A stretch of DNA of 63,623 nucleotides, counting the filler, from Folioceros fuciformis (taxonomy: Eukaryota): assembly GCA_049999805.1 (NCBI GenBank). It is 7 parts of 7 records of this genome, joined end to end, with 100 filler letters (N's around TTAATTAATTAA, not from the genome) between each part and the next. Parts side by side here need not be neighbours in the genome. Positions count along the whole stretch, not along the records: positions 34,388 to 48,787 come from JBNGIO010006148.1; 6 more parts are not named here. One strand, 5' to 3'. Shown here in pieces: positions 34,388-47,189 of this stretch. Each line of letters opens with the position of its first letter. Position 1 is the first letter of the stretch. The translations under genes were made by a program, and so were the position numbers. A model generated the notes under the pieces. It saw only the letters and a program-made list of their open reading frames with translations. It ran no database searches and was not told where the DNA came from.

Positions 34388-37316
34388 TTGGGGCCTTCCG
34401 GCTCACTGCTCCGTCCCCTGCTACCACTGCTGTCGCTGTCGCAGGTCCTTCCTCTTTGGCTCCTCCCACCAAGAGGGTTGCGGTTGCCGCTGCCAGGAAT
34501 GGAGCGGGTTCTTTCGCGGTAGCTGGGGCCAGGAATGGTGCGGGATCGTTTGCCTTCAGTGCCACTGCTACCACTGCTGCTCAGGCTGCTGCTTCTGCGG
34601 CAGGAAAGGGGAGTGTGCCGCCGGCTTCTGTTGCCATTGCTGTGGCTGTGGCAGAGGGTGCGGAGGCCACGGGGGAGGTGACGGCCCTCAAGCCCAGGAC
34701 AGAGAGGAAGGCGTCTTTCCAGCTGCTCAAGTCTGATATCACCAAGGAGGAGGAGACCGAGAGGTTGCAGCGCAGGAACGGGCAGCTCCTCGAGTCCATG
34801 CTGGCCAACAGGCAGGGCAAGGATGTGTTTAAGGTCAAAACCGGCTCCAGATCACTGTCCGTGGCCTCGGAGGGTCTGCCTCCCAGGGCGGGTAGGGGAG
34901 CTGAGAGCCATATTTTTGGTTTTGTTCCCAATGTCAAGAAGTTCGCGTCCGACGGTCCATTTGGGGGCCCGGGCCCCTCGGACACGTTAGGCAGGCCTGG
35001 GAAGACGTTTGAGCCTGCCGGCGGTATTACTAACATGGATGTTGCAACTACGGGCGTGGGCCTAGGACCATCAGCAGGGGCGAGACCGGTGAAGGAGGTG
35101 TTCCAGGAGACTGACATGGCTGCTGCCCGACCTTCGCAGCGCCATGCAGATACTCTCAGCCAGCTCTGGCAAGGGATTGTGGAGCAGCCTTCTCTGCTTA
35201 CTCCCCTCTTTGCACCCTACAAGCCCGCCCAGGACAGTTCCGAAGAGGTCAGAGCTGGAGGGAGCGGGTCAAAGGAAAGGGCAGACCTTCTCCCTCCTTT
35301 GACACCTATCTTTAGTCCCTTAAAGTATGCGCAGGATGATGCTTCCCGTGCGCCGTCCTCTGTCAGGCCTCCCTTATCTAGGAGGCCGGATCCTTGCCCC
35401 TCTCCCTCAGCTACTCCCTTCTCTTTTTCTGCTCCTCCCAAGCGTCCGCCTCCGGGACCCAAGGCTGCAGCAGGCGCGTCATTTGTCATTCCCCCTCTCC
35501 CTGGAGAAGCCCTCAGGAGCAATGATCAGGATTTCGGTGCCGAACCATCCCGCGTCTTGAGAAAAGAATCTGCGTCGGCCGACACCCGAAGCAAGTTTCA
35601 GAGTCAATCTTCCCATTTTTCCAGCTCTCCGTTCGAAGGCCCATTTGCTGGCTTTCAAAATGATGACGCAGGTTCCAGATTTCCTGCACACCGCTCTGCT
35701 CCGGGCCCGTCCGTCTTACCATCCGGTAGTGCATGGGCCCGAGGGTTTAGACCCAGTGATGCAGGCTCTGCATTCGATACGCGGATGCACGCTCTTCCTC
35801 AGAGCCTTGCTCAAGGTATTGCCATGTCTCAAGTCTTGGCTGCATATGAATCATGTCGTTATGTTTGCGTGTGCAAATCTTTGCGTCGCGATCTTCTCTT
35901 CAGAAATGGAAGATGACGATGAGGATGGTTTCCCGCCCGGATTATTCACCTTGTGTCACCTCTGGGATCTGTGTACAGGTGGCTCGAATGCGGACAACAG
36001 ATTTAAGGTATGCAGGCTTGGCTGTCCTGGTGAATTTCAGCTTGAAACTCCTGTTTCGTTCGTACCTTGGAAAAGTTCCTTTAGTCTAGTATCAAGTTAC
36101 GAGAGAAGCGTGTGCGTCGCTGTACCGTTGAGGACATTCGCACTGATTCACGCATCAAGATCAGTGCTTGTTGCTGATGGTTATAGATGAGTTCTGGCGG
36201 GTTATAGGATCAAGGTCGGTCTTTGTGGAAGTTTTGGCGATAGTGGATTGGCTGATTCTGCCGAGCTTTGGTTTGGTTTGTGATTGGCTTCACTGCAGCA
36301 TCCAGGGGTGCCTGCACACATCAGGCAGCCCTTTCGTCGACAGATCACTGCTGAGTCTGGCGACAGCGGGGACTCAACCCCTCCTGTATTGCCTCTTAAA
36401 GGTGGCTTGGACCTGCAGTATGCAGAGATTCAAATGCGTCAGCTTTGAAGGATGAAGTAAAATGGTTCCTTGCTTGTGTTTGCAGGCCAGAGGTGAGTCC
36501 GATGTGCCGCCGTTTTGGCAACCAGGTCAGGACGTTTCCGCATTCAAGGACGCGGGCTCTGAAATGCACGGGTCACAGAAACAGGGTGTGGTGGGTGGCA
36601 GCAATGTGGGCGACGCGGGTCCAGGACCAAGTAGTGGTGGAAATGAAGGGGGCCCGAGGCAGGGTAGGAGGAACATTCTGAACGAGGTAGATTCGTCGGG
36701 ACCTAGTTATATCTCGAGTAGATCTCTCCATCAAAGTAGCAAGAAGTCAAGGGGCTTCCAGTTGCAGGCAGGCAGGGCAGATGTGGCAGCAGAAGTTGGG
36801 CTCGAGTCTGAGAAGAAGGCAGAGGAGGAGGAGGTGCTCCCTGAACGAGCCAAGGTGTCGCAAGTTTGGATTAATAGGTGGCTTCCTTCCAACCCTGCAC
36901 TGCCTGCTTGCCAACCTTCAAATTCAAAATCTAGTGCTAGGCCAGCGGCAGGAGGGGGAGGGCCCTCCACCTCAGCCCGTGCTCCTTGTACCAACATCCC
37001 TGTGAGTAGTTCGGGCAATGTACGCATCACTTCTCATGGGGACTTGGACAGACCTACAGGCTCCAGATACAAGGCCGATGAGCACAGGGGTTTTGAGTAT
37101 GGACCAGACCGCTGGTTCCATGCAAGGACAGCAACAGGGAGTCCTGCTCCGCCTGGCCCGCCAAGCGCGGCTGCTATGGCTATTGTTGGTAGAGCTTCAA
37201 GAAACCTGACCACTCCTGCCCCTCTCCTGCCCAGGCAAGGTGTGAGCAGTGTGTGGTCGTCCTCCGGGTCACAAGCATCAGCACCTGGCCCCTCCAAGAA
37301 GAAGCAGCCCCGATAG
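34388..37316 (+). CDS. Multi-exon low-complexity protein with PCH1/At2g16365-like C-terminal motifs (5'-truncated)
   Basis: Long ORFs 34456-35916 and 36462-37316 with splice signals between (AAG|GTATT ~35816, TTTGCAG| 36485). Motifs SQVWINRW and PSAAAMAIVGRA...VW resemble the recalled WIQRW and PSIAAMALMGKA...VWN. Confidence 0.6.
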
Positions 37317-39341
37317 TAAGGGTGTGTGTGTACCTGGGAATCCTCTCCCGCCATGTTTCGTGGCCTGTACACCCAAGGTTGGCCACTCTGTCCTTCCCTG
37401 CCCCCTCTCCCCCCTCCCCCTTCCCCACACTGTCCTGGGTTCTGGGCAACATCGCTAACTCCTTTAGTCAGTAGTATCTGTGCCTGTGACATCCCAGCGA
37501 CTAACGGGTTTCATGCTTTCTACGGTGCTTGTCCAGGAACGGGCCTGCCTGGTGACTGCTAGCGCAGAAGCTAAGCTATATTGGAATCCGTCAGCGACCG
37601 TTGCCGTCCAGGGCAGGATACGCAGCTCTCCCAGTTGCCGTAGACAAAAGTGAGAGCAACAGAGGAAATGTTGTACAGAAAAGGGCCGTCTCTGGTTGTG
37701 GTAGTGGTGCAATTGCACCTACCTGCAGTGGGGACGGCAGCCACGCACTCAGTGGTCCCACTGGGCGGGTCTCCACACCTTCCAACTCCACACCACAGCA
37801 GCCATCCAGTCACGGTTGTGCTGCTGGGTTCGAGTTTCGCTGCGGATAAGCTTGCCACAGCATCGACGTATGTATAGTAAGAATTGCAGTGAATAATTGG
37901 GTCCCCACCTCCGTTCCTGCCTCCGGTGGCCTGGTTGTGGTCCCGCATTTCAGTAGCCATGCGTGAATCCCACCAGCAGTCACTGTTCGTCGTACTCTGG
38001 AGAAATTGGGTAGTGGACTGCATCCCACTTGCGCGGCTCATGCTCAGGCCCTGCCAACCGCGTCCCTTTGTCCTTGCTCGACTATAGGGGCTATCCCAAC
38101 CTTTGACTTCAACAGATAGGCTACTTCTGTGACCTTTTTCCTGTGAGAGGAAGCCCACTTATCAGAAATATAATATTTATGGGGTGTACTAGTCCTAGGG
38201 TGTGTGAAAAGTGTTTCGGTAGTGCTGGATATGGCCATGCCCTCATCAGTGTGGACATGGAATAGAAGACTGACAAAGAAACAACCCGCCGCCCGCGGTG
38301 GACGATGGGGCGAGGGAATTGAAAATCTCGATGTGAGATTCAGGGACGATCCAAGGCACGCGGGCAGGAATGTAAAGATGCGAAACGATCAAGACAATAA
38401 ACTAGCATATCCTAAGTGGTCCATCTGGCGGACGCTCCAATTCGTAGCACTTGTTTATGGGCTCATGCGATACGGCGGTACCAGTGGGAGATTGAGGTGT
38501 GCACTTGGCCCACCCACCGACTGACTGGCGGTTTGTCCTGGCCTGGCCTGGCCTGAGAGGCCTCGGCCTGGACTGGTCTGTCCTGCTGCTGCCTGGCAGC
38601 CAGCAGCCAGCAGCATGCAGCCATCGCTACCCGCGCCCGCTCCCGCTTCCGCTGCGCTGTAGCCCGTGCTGTGCTGTGCGGAGCTGTGCGGAGCTCTGCT
38701 GCGCCGCTGGGAGCTCTCGATCTCTGCTCCTGACCTTCCTGTTCATCATTCTAGACTGTCTGCTGCTGCAGGTGCCTCCGCCACCGCCTCCGCCTCCGCC
38801 TCTGCCCCTTCCTTTGCTCCTGCGCCTGCTGCTGCAACGGCCATCGAAAAGACAGAAGGAAGGAAGAAAGAATTCGCACCTGCCGCCTTGGATGCTGCCG
38901 CCTCCAGTCGGACGGACACAGCAGGGCTAGCACGAGGTTTTTGCTCCTTCCCGCGCCTCTGCGCCTGGCCTCCTGCTCCTGCCTGCACGCCGGCGGGTCT
39001 TCCCAGTCCGCCTAGGCTCGAAATCCGGGCAGGGCCGGCGCTCTTGCAACTCCGTCATCAAGGTTCGTGACTGCCTGCTTGTCGCTGGATGAAGCCGCTC
39101 CTCCTGTTGCTCCCTGCCTGGATCGCTGCTGGCCAGCCGCAGCTCGAGGTGGAGCCCGGAGCAGCGGCGACGATGGAGGAGAGGTGAGGCGGCCATGCTG
39201 TGCGCTGTTCTCTTCTCCTCTTCTCGGTCGTGAGAACCGATTGGTGCCAATTCTGTGCTCTCGTGCTTGCTGGCTCACGCAGTGCAATTGTGGCGTTCCG
39301 GATGGATCTGCACAGGGACTGCTCTTGCGCTGGTGCTGCTC

Positions 39342-41879
39342 ATGGACACCTGTCGCGGCGTGGAGGAGGAGACCAATGCCCCCGAGGCTGCGCCTGCTCC
39401 TGTTGTTGCGCCGCGTCCAAGCGATGTGACTGCTCCGCTTTTGCCAGCTCGCCGGCCTGAGCCCGTCGTGCGAATCTGGACTTCAGCCGTGGACGCTGAG
39501 AGCGTGGTGGAGACCGACCGGCTGGTCCATACCGCTGCCGCTGCTGCTGCCGTGCAAGTGCAGAGACTGTACCGCGGCTATCGGTTGAGAAGGCAGCTGG
39601 CGGACATCGCTGTCATGGCCCGGAAGTATGCCTGGTGTGTCGTTATCCCTTGGCTTCGCTTCGCTCCTGTCCTGGCTTCGTCGCGTTCGTGCGAGAAATT
39701 TACACCCATGTCGTGTCTGTGTGTGTAGCGCAGGTGGAATGTTGTGGAGGCCGCTGTGCTTCAACACACCACGGAGCAATTCTATGCGTACAATAAGCCG
39801 GAGACTGCGCGCACTCGCTGGGCCAGGATCAAGAAGAAGGCCGCCAAGGTGCGTTGTCGCTCAAGCTTCCTCGCCTGCGCAATTCTCTTGCGATGCCGGA
39901 AAACCAATTCACCTTGTTCCCCCTCCTAATTCAGGTGGGACGCGGTCTGGCTAAAGATGACAGAGCTCGGAAGCTGGCCATCCAGCATTGGCTGGAAGCT
40001 GTGAGTTTCGTGGCTGCTACTCGCCACTCGCGTGTTGTGGCAACTCTTCGCGCTCGTGTGTGTGTGCTGACGACAATGGATTGCCTTGTGTGCAGATAGA
40101 TGCAAGGCATCGATATGGCCATAACCTGCACCCTTACTATAAAATCTGGATAGACAGCCCGACCAAGGAGCCTTTTTTCTACTGGTAAGGTGGCAGAGGA
40201 AAGCATTTCATCCGACTCTATCCAAAAATTTCCTGGACCTTTGTGTGCGTGCTGCCTGTCTCTTTGCTCAATCGAATGCGCCTTGTGGATGCTTCTGCTC
40301 AGGTTGGACGTCGGGGATGGCAAGGACCTGGATTTAGAGGACTGTCCGAGGTCCCTCCTAAATAAGGAGCAGATCAAGTATCTGAGCCCTGTAAGCTTCC
40401 ATGGAGCCTCCACAATGTCAACCTTTAGGAGCCTTGATACAGGCTCGTAGCCTCACGTGATGGTAGATTGGGAGGTCTTGCAGAAAGAAAGAAAGCATTA
40501 TGAAGTGGTTGTTGAGGATGGAAAACTGTTCTACAAGACTAGTGGGGAGCCGGTAAATACTCCAAAGGGCGACAAGTATATCTTCGTGATGAGTGCATCA
40601 GGAAAACTGTATATTGCGCGGGTACTTTCTCACTTCAGGCCGTCATGTTTCCATTGCCGCCCTGCCAGTCTGGCACGCAGAAAGCGTGTGCGCGTAGAAA
40701 CGCTGCTGATAGGGAGCTGTAATGTTATTGTGGCTGTTGCAGAAGGAGAAGGGCAGGTTCCAGCATTCGAGCTTTCTTGCAGGAGGTGCTGCTCTGGCTG
40801 CCGGCCGCTTGCTTGTGAACGATGGTACCCTTGAGGTCAGAGTGAGACCCATGAACTGGACTCTCACGATCAGCGGACGTCAGCTTGTATTTTCGATCTT
40901 GCCCTGGTGACCTGACCCACTGAAGTTTTTATGTTTGCCTGTAAAGCTGATGGAAGCGCACAGCGGGCATTATCGACCCACCGAAGAGAACTTCGCTGCT
41001 CTGGTTGAGATTCTGACAAAGTTGGGTGCAGACATGACAATGGCCAAGGTGTGACTTTTGGTTTTCTTTTTTCTTTTCTTCACCTTAGCTTTGGTTCCCC
41101 GTGGAGTTCTGGCCAGAAGTCCTGACTACTCCAACTGTCTCCCTCAGGTACAAAGCGTCTCTGACGACATGCTACTCAAGTCCAAGTCCATCAACCAGTC
41201 AGTTGAGTGTACGATGCGGCAGGTTGACCAAGGTGGTGTTGTAGAAGAAGTTGAAGGTGCTAATGGAGGCGAAGAAGGACAGGGTTTTTTGGCAGTAACT
41301 AGCGATGTGAGGCGGGATGATGTGCTTTTGGAAGAGGTGGTGGAGACGTTGGATTTGAGAGAGATTCTGGCAGCCGAGGATATCGAGCAATCGGATGACG
41401 AAAGTGCAGCTGGTGCGGACGGTTCAAGGCAGAGTCGGTGTCGCAGGTCGGGCGTGGAATCTGAAGAAACATATATTTCCCAAATAAACGTGGTAAATGT
41501 CACGCACGACGAACAAACTCGACCCTATGATGTGAAGCCAGACCCTTCTTCCAAGGAAGACGCGGTGAAGACTGCCAAGTCATGTGCTGAATTTTTTAAG
41601 GCGTCAGCACGATCTATGAGAGAAGTGAGATCAACAGACATATCACACACTGCCACCGAGATCTTGCGGCTCACCTCTACTAAGGACACGGCAGAACTGG
41701 GAGGGGCCTTAGAACTCCGCACAACTATCGTGCACAAGGAGGCACGGCCATCCTGGTCTAGCAAAGAGGGTGCTCTAGTAGCAAGTTTATCCAGGTTACC
41801 CCCGGCGCTCCTCCACTCCAACCTGTCGTGCCTGATTGAAGGGCGATTGCCTTCAACAGTCATCAGTGGGAAGATGTGA
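39342..41879 (+). CDS. IQM: IQ-motif-containing protein, IQM family (about 9 coding exons)
   Basis: Exons encode [106 protein letters not shown]. They are separated by short GT-AG introns. Confidence 0.93.
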
Positions 41880-42869
41880 GTGCAGCGACGTCACCCTCCG
41901 TGACATGATAGGCTGTCCTCCGAGACCATCCCGTGGTCATGGCGAGTTTGCAGGATTCTAATCCAGGTTCGCATGGCGAATCGTTCTCGGAGTGTTCTGG
42001 CCATGTCATCGGAAGGAGTGCGATTCCATGCAGTACTGCGCACGATCTGGGGCTGCTGGCCACGCAGTGTGTTGGTCGCACTTCCGTTCTCTCACACTGG
42101 CGGAAATAAACAACTTTGTAGTTTTTGTAGGACAGAAATGTGGCAGGCGGCGACGTGCATGTGCTGTTGGGGCCTGCCCGGATGTGCCACGGCAGCAGCT
42201 ATTATAATGCGGGGTTCACCATAGTCGCTTGAGTTGCGTACCCTGCAAGTCCCAGTTCGCAGCGCTTGTTGCGCTCGGACCTTGGTGACTCGAGATGTTC
42301 CGACGGAACTTGCAATAAAGGCAATCCTCGAGAGAGTGCAAAGCCAGTGCGATCTGCCATGCATAGTTCCAAAAAAGGAGATTGTACTAGGCTGAATGCC
42401 GAAACTGAAGGTTTTTAAGAGCATTGGTATCTGGACAATCCTGGGAACGTGAAATCGTCCTCGTCACTCTAGTAAATTGCAACCTCTCAAAGCTCTGTTC
42501 GCATGGGGCGTCGAGGTCGAGAGTCGGGGACTGTGTAATCGCGCGGCACCATTTTCCGACGTCGTCCTCAAGCAATGTTCTTCAAATTGAGGCCGTGGAG
42601 ATCTTGTTTCTTCAGAGTTTTTCTCCGTAGCACCCTGCATAAAAGATGGTATCAATATCTTCAGAAAATACATCCTCCTCCTTACTAGAAACTTCTTCTA
42701 CAACAACCTCTCTAACTTTGTTATTTGAGAAAAACAAGATGGAAACCATCTAGCCTGGAAAGAGTGAGACAAAGCACTATTAGTTAACCGAGGCTAGCCC
42801 TTGAAGTAGCTAAGTTTAAAAACTAGCCACAGCACCTAAGATATATGGTTTGAGAGGAGGAAGGATCTA

Positions 42870-43100
42870 CCTACCATTGGAGTCGCTAATGTCGTTTTCC
42901 CAGTCATTGTCATCGTCCTGAATATAGTATTAGCCAATGCCCGCTACCATTGAAGTCGCTTATGCTGCTTTCCCTGTCATTGATGTTGTTTTGTCATCGT
43001 CCTGAATTTAGTATTAGCCAATGCCCGCTACCATTGAAGTCGCTTATGCTGCTTTCCCTGTCATTGATGTTGTTTTGAATATAGCATTAGCCAATGCCTG
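42870..43100. repeat. Imperfect tandem repeat, ~3 copies (CTACCATTGAAGTCGCTTATGCTGCTTTCCCTGTCATTG core)
   Basis: Core recurs at ~42870, ~42943 and ~43027. Confidence 0.8.
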
Positions 43101-43319
43101 TTGTAGTGCAATGTAAACCCTCTAACAAAAGAACACTACAATCCATTCTTCCTATTGTAAATCGCCTTAGCACAGATCCTTGTATCATTTGTTTATTGGT
43201 AGTTTGTTTGCTGCAAAAGTCCTGCTAAGAGCCTTTGGTGGCAGGTGAGGTCTTTGAAGGAGTGCTATTAGTGTTGGTTGTTTGGCTGGTGTGTGCAAAA
43301 GAGTTGTCAGTGAGTAGGA

Positions 43320-43453
43320 GTGGGTGCCAAGTAGGGTGACATACTGGATTTTTGTGAACCATCTTAGTGGGTGGCAAGGAGGGTGACATACTGGATTTTT
43401 GTGAACCATCTTAGTGGGTGCCAAGGAGGGTGACGTACTGAATTTTTGTGAAG
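43320..43453. repeat. ~47-bp tandem repeat x3
   Basis: AGGGTGACATACTGGATTTTTGTGAACCATCTTAGTGGGTG recurs. Confidence 0.8.
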
Positions 43454-43548
43454 ATCTCAAGCTCTAGAGCATCAGTCTTGGTTGTTGGCTTTAGTAAATG
43501 GCTCTTCTAAAGTTTTGGGATATTTTCTAAATGACTCTCGGAAATTTG

Positions 43549-43724
43549 TGGCGTCTTGGGTTCAGGGTTTGGGCTAATGGCGTCTAGGGTTCAGGGTTTA
43601 GGCTAATGGCGTCTTGGGTTCAGGGTTAGGCATTAGCCTAAACCCTGGGCGTCTNNNNNNNNNNTTGGGTTCAGGGTTAGGCATTAGCCTAAACCCTGGG
43701 CGTCTTGGGTTTAGGCATTAGCCT
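43549..43724. repeat. Minisatellite containing telomere-like GGGTTCAGGGTTTAGG units with local inversions
   Basis: ~29-bp units GGCGTCTTGGGTTCAGGGTTTAGGCTAAT and inverted CATTAGCCTAAACCCTG. Confidence 0.75.
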
Positions 43725-44765
43725 TTGTGGCCTCTTGGCCTCCGCATTTTCTGGTGACGCGCTTACTATCATCTTCACAAAGTTGTGAGCCTCTCGATGG
43801 CCTCCGTTGGGTACATAGAGGACGACAGCTTGATGGCAACTCACATCTCAAACCGTGGGTCAGCAAATCTGATTGCTGCTCTGCAAAACCTGCTGCGGAG
43901 GGATTGTGGTCCCTTCACACCATTCTCGTTTGCTTCAAAGCGAGCGCCTCTGGTAGAGGAAAGGATGGTTGGTACACCAACCAACCGAAAGGTTCTGCCG
44001 TGATGAAGCTGCCTCCGTCTCTCGTGTTCTTGAGGTTACGTGATACACCTGGGTACTCGACATGCCCACGGTGGTGATGGTATTATCCTTTTGTGCATGT
44101 CGTGCAACGCCAACAAGCTGAACGAAAAAGGGAGGTAGCGCTGGATAACAACCGACAATCATCCTGCCTTCTCCTTGATCTGGAGAGTGCGAAGGACGGG
44201 ATCCAATGTATACTACCGGCGACAGAATTTGCTGTTGTATCAATGGATGCTTTCGAATGAGCATTCGTATGGCTGGGATTTGCGTGCATGTAGCGGCGTC
44301 GTTCGCCTCCTGATGCCCAGGTCGGTGCAGCCAGCCCCAACCAGACTTCAGGTGCGGACCTCGCACTACAACTTCCCCCAACGCCGCTTTACATCCGTTC
44401 CTCGGCAAACAGTAGTTAGCCATAAGGCCAAGCACAGACCCTGGCCGGGGATGTGTCGTCAACATTGCAGTCTCCCGCTGCAACCGCGAGGCAAACCTGT
44501 CAGCCTGCATCGTCGCTAAATCTTGTCTAACAATCGCATTGCTCTGGCGAATGACATTCCGGTGTTGCAGTTGAAAAAGCGTTAAGGGCTGCCCAAACCA
44601 TGGACGCGGGAACGCAAATACTCGGATTCGGATGTGGTTGTGGTTTTTCGGCGAGGGCTGCCGGAGTGTTTGACGTTCTTGGAACACCTTCTTCGGCAAG
44701 AAGGATGGCCATGTCAGTCAGGATGAACTGTTGGGATCCTGCTACGGCCGGCCACGACCTTGGAC

Positions 44766-46606
44766 ATGGCAGGAGCACGGAGCTGGATCAAGGTGGTGAA
44801 GCAGAACAGCTATCTCAGAAGAGGAGGGGACTCGGTGGCGGCATCCGAGTCGCCGAAACGGGGCATGGAATCTTACCTCGGAGCCATGCTGTTGGCCACC
44901 GTCTTGCTTCTCTCCAGCACCCTGGTTGTGCTGCAGTCATGCACTTCGCTGGAAGGGCTGCTGCCGGCCGCCGGCCTGGGTCCCAAGGAAAGCTCACGAG
45001 CAGGGCTGCTGAGGCGGTCACGTGACGCGGCTATGGACACCAGACAGGCTGTGCAATGGCTCATTCGGCAAGCGGAGAAGAACGGCACAGACAAGTGCGA
45101 AGAAGAGAGCACCAGCAGGGTGGCGCTGGTCGGGCGGTCCGATCTGCAGGACGGGAGGCCCCTACTGCTGGAGGCTGGAGTGCCGCATGAGCTGCTCGTT
45201 GTTTCCTACACTGAGAACGGCACACGGCGGTGTGCTGGTGGCGATTTCTACGAGACTGCGCTCACAGGTGACTCAGATTCAGTCGTCCCTTCTATGTTAG
45301 ATTCAGTGTCTTTTATGGGGGAGATGGTGTCAGTTGGTGTGGAGCTCATTCTGCGTGTTTGGCTTGGTTGTTAGCAGGTGTGGCATGGAGATCTCGGCCT
45401 CCTGTTGTGGATCTCGGTGATGGATCATACATCATCAGGTTTCTGGTGCCGGAAGGAGTGACTGGTGTTCTGAAGTTTAGCGCAGTACTGCTGTTCGGGA
45501 ATCTCCACGGGCTCGATCTCGTGCCGGACTCGTGGATTCAAGACAAGGAATTGTTAGGGTTTGATGTCGAGTTTGTGGCAGCATTCCGGAGGGAGGTTCC
45601 CCAAGGTGTGAGCAAGGATAGGAACGATGACCTGGTACTCAAACGCTGCAGGGATACGGATTACAAGGTGAGGGAGTGGTTGGGACAGTGGACTCGCACT
45701 TCCTTCAATGCGTCCTGCGACCGGCAGCCTGATGCAGACGGTAGATTCCGATGCTTGGATCCCAGCACGCCCTGTGACCCATCCTGGTGCGATGGAGCCG
45801 CCGGCAGGATTGAGAGCAACGGGTGGATCTACTCCGCTCACTGCAAATTCCGTATCTTCGATCCTGCAGCGGCTTGGCAATGTGCGAGCTCCTTGCGATG
45901 GATCTTTTTCTGGGGCGACTCTAATCACCAGGACACCATCCGCAACCTGCTCAATCTGGTACTGGGCTTGGGCGTGGGCACGCCGAGCAGAACATTTGAT
46001 GCCACATTTCAAAACCCCGCCGACATTTCTCAGAGCCTGCGCATCACAAGCATCTTCGGAGGCCACTATGAAGAGTCTGGGAACAACCTGGGCCTGGCAT
46101 CCCTGTACCATGAGCCCTACCGTGACTTCCTCCGATCCTACTTCACCAACAGCCAAGTCCCCACTCTCATGGTGCTCAACTCAGGCCTACATGACGGTAA
46201 GAAGTGGAGCAATCTGACAGAGTACGTGAAAGCAGCGGAATTCGCAGCCAATTTCTGGGCTGAGTTATGGGACAAAGCTGGAGACCACAGTAAGGCGAGG
46301 CCCAGGGTTGTGCTGCGAACCACTGTGGCTCCGGCCGGGGAATCGCGTCACATGCCCGCCAATCCACACAAAATGGAAGTGTTCAACAAAGTTCTGGTGG
46401 ACAGGTTTCTTGCCACCGACATCTCGTTCCAAGTGGTGGATGCCTATGACCTGACGTTTCCTTGGCATTTGGACAACAACTGCAGCGATGGGGGACACTA
46501 TGGCAGGCCTCCTGCTCTGGAATCCTGGTTTGGACAAATGGGCCATCAGTACTTTGTCGACGTCATGCTTGCTCACATCCTGCTCAACGTTGCCTGCTCA
46601 CAATAA
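44766..46606 (+). CDS. Type II membrane SGNH/PC-esterase (TBL/NXPE-like) protein; join(44766-45267, 45378-46606), 576 aa
   Basis: N-terminal TM; RRCAGGDFYETAL|GVAWRSRPPVVDLGDGSY; IFFWGDSNH (GDS); NSGLHDG; DGGHYG (DxxH). The phase-1 intron is consistent. Confidence 0.88.
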
Positions 46607-46639
46607 CCATTTCTGGACTGTCATGGAGGCAGCGATGAT

Positions 46640-46870
46640 GGGCGCTCCTCTGTACTGCCGTGAGAGGCCGCCGTGCCGGCTGATGCAATTTTGTTCCTTC
46701 CAGATATTATTTTTGCACGGGGACTGCTCTTGCGCCGCTGCTCATGGACAGCTGACGCGGCGGGGAGGAGGAGATCAACGCGACGGAGTCAGTGCCTAGT
46801 TCTGCTCCTACTGCTGCTCCGTATGCAATCGATGTGAACGCTCTTTCCTCACCAGCCCGCCAGCCTGATG
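46640..46870 (+). pseudogene. Diverged copy of the IQM 5' end
   Basis: TGCACGGGGACTGCTCTTGCGCCGCTGCTCATGGACAGCTG aligns with TGCACAGGGACTGCTCTTGCGCTGGTGCTGCTCATGGACACCTG at 39309 and continues for ~130 bp. Confidence 0.75.
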
Positions 46871-47189
46871 GGTAAAGACCTCGGCAGGTGAGATCAAACC
46901 TTTAGGTGCAGGCTTTCTGATGTCGCTTTGGGGTTTACGCTGTAACCCTACACGAACCCTCCACTTCGTCTGAAAATAAAAGCTCTTCGAGTCCACACCT
47001 CCCTCAGAGCAGAGACGTATGTATTGTGAAGGCGGGAATGCTGTCCTACCGTAGCGGTGCGCTTGCTGCCGCTGCGCAACTGAGCATTGCATTCATCTTG
47101 TTGCCTGCCGAGGGCTGATGGCGTAGCCGGTCTTTGAGTCTTCAAAGCTTCTTGTATCGTCTGTTGCTTGGTAGGTTGTTTTCTGCAAG

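Noticed and set aside
38499-39300. Multiple Ala/Pro/Leu-rich ORFs
   Set aside because: GC-rich low-complexity leader region of the IQM gene; open frames are expected by chance.
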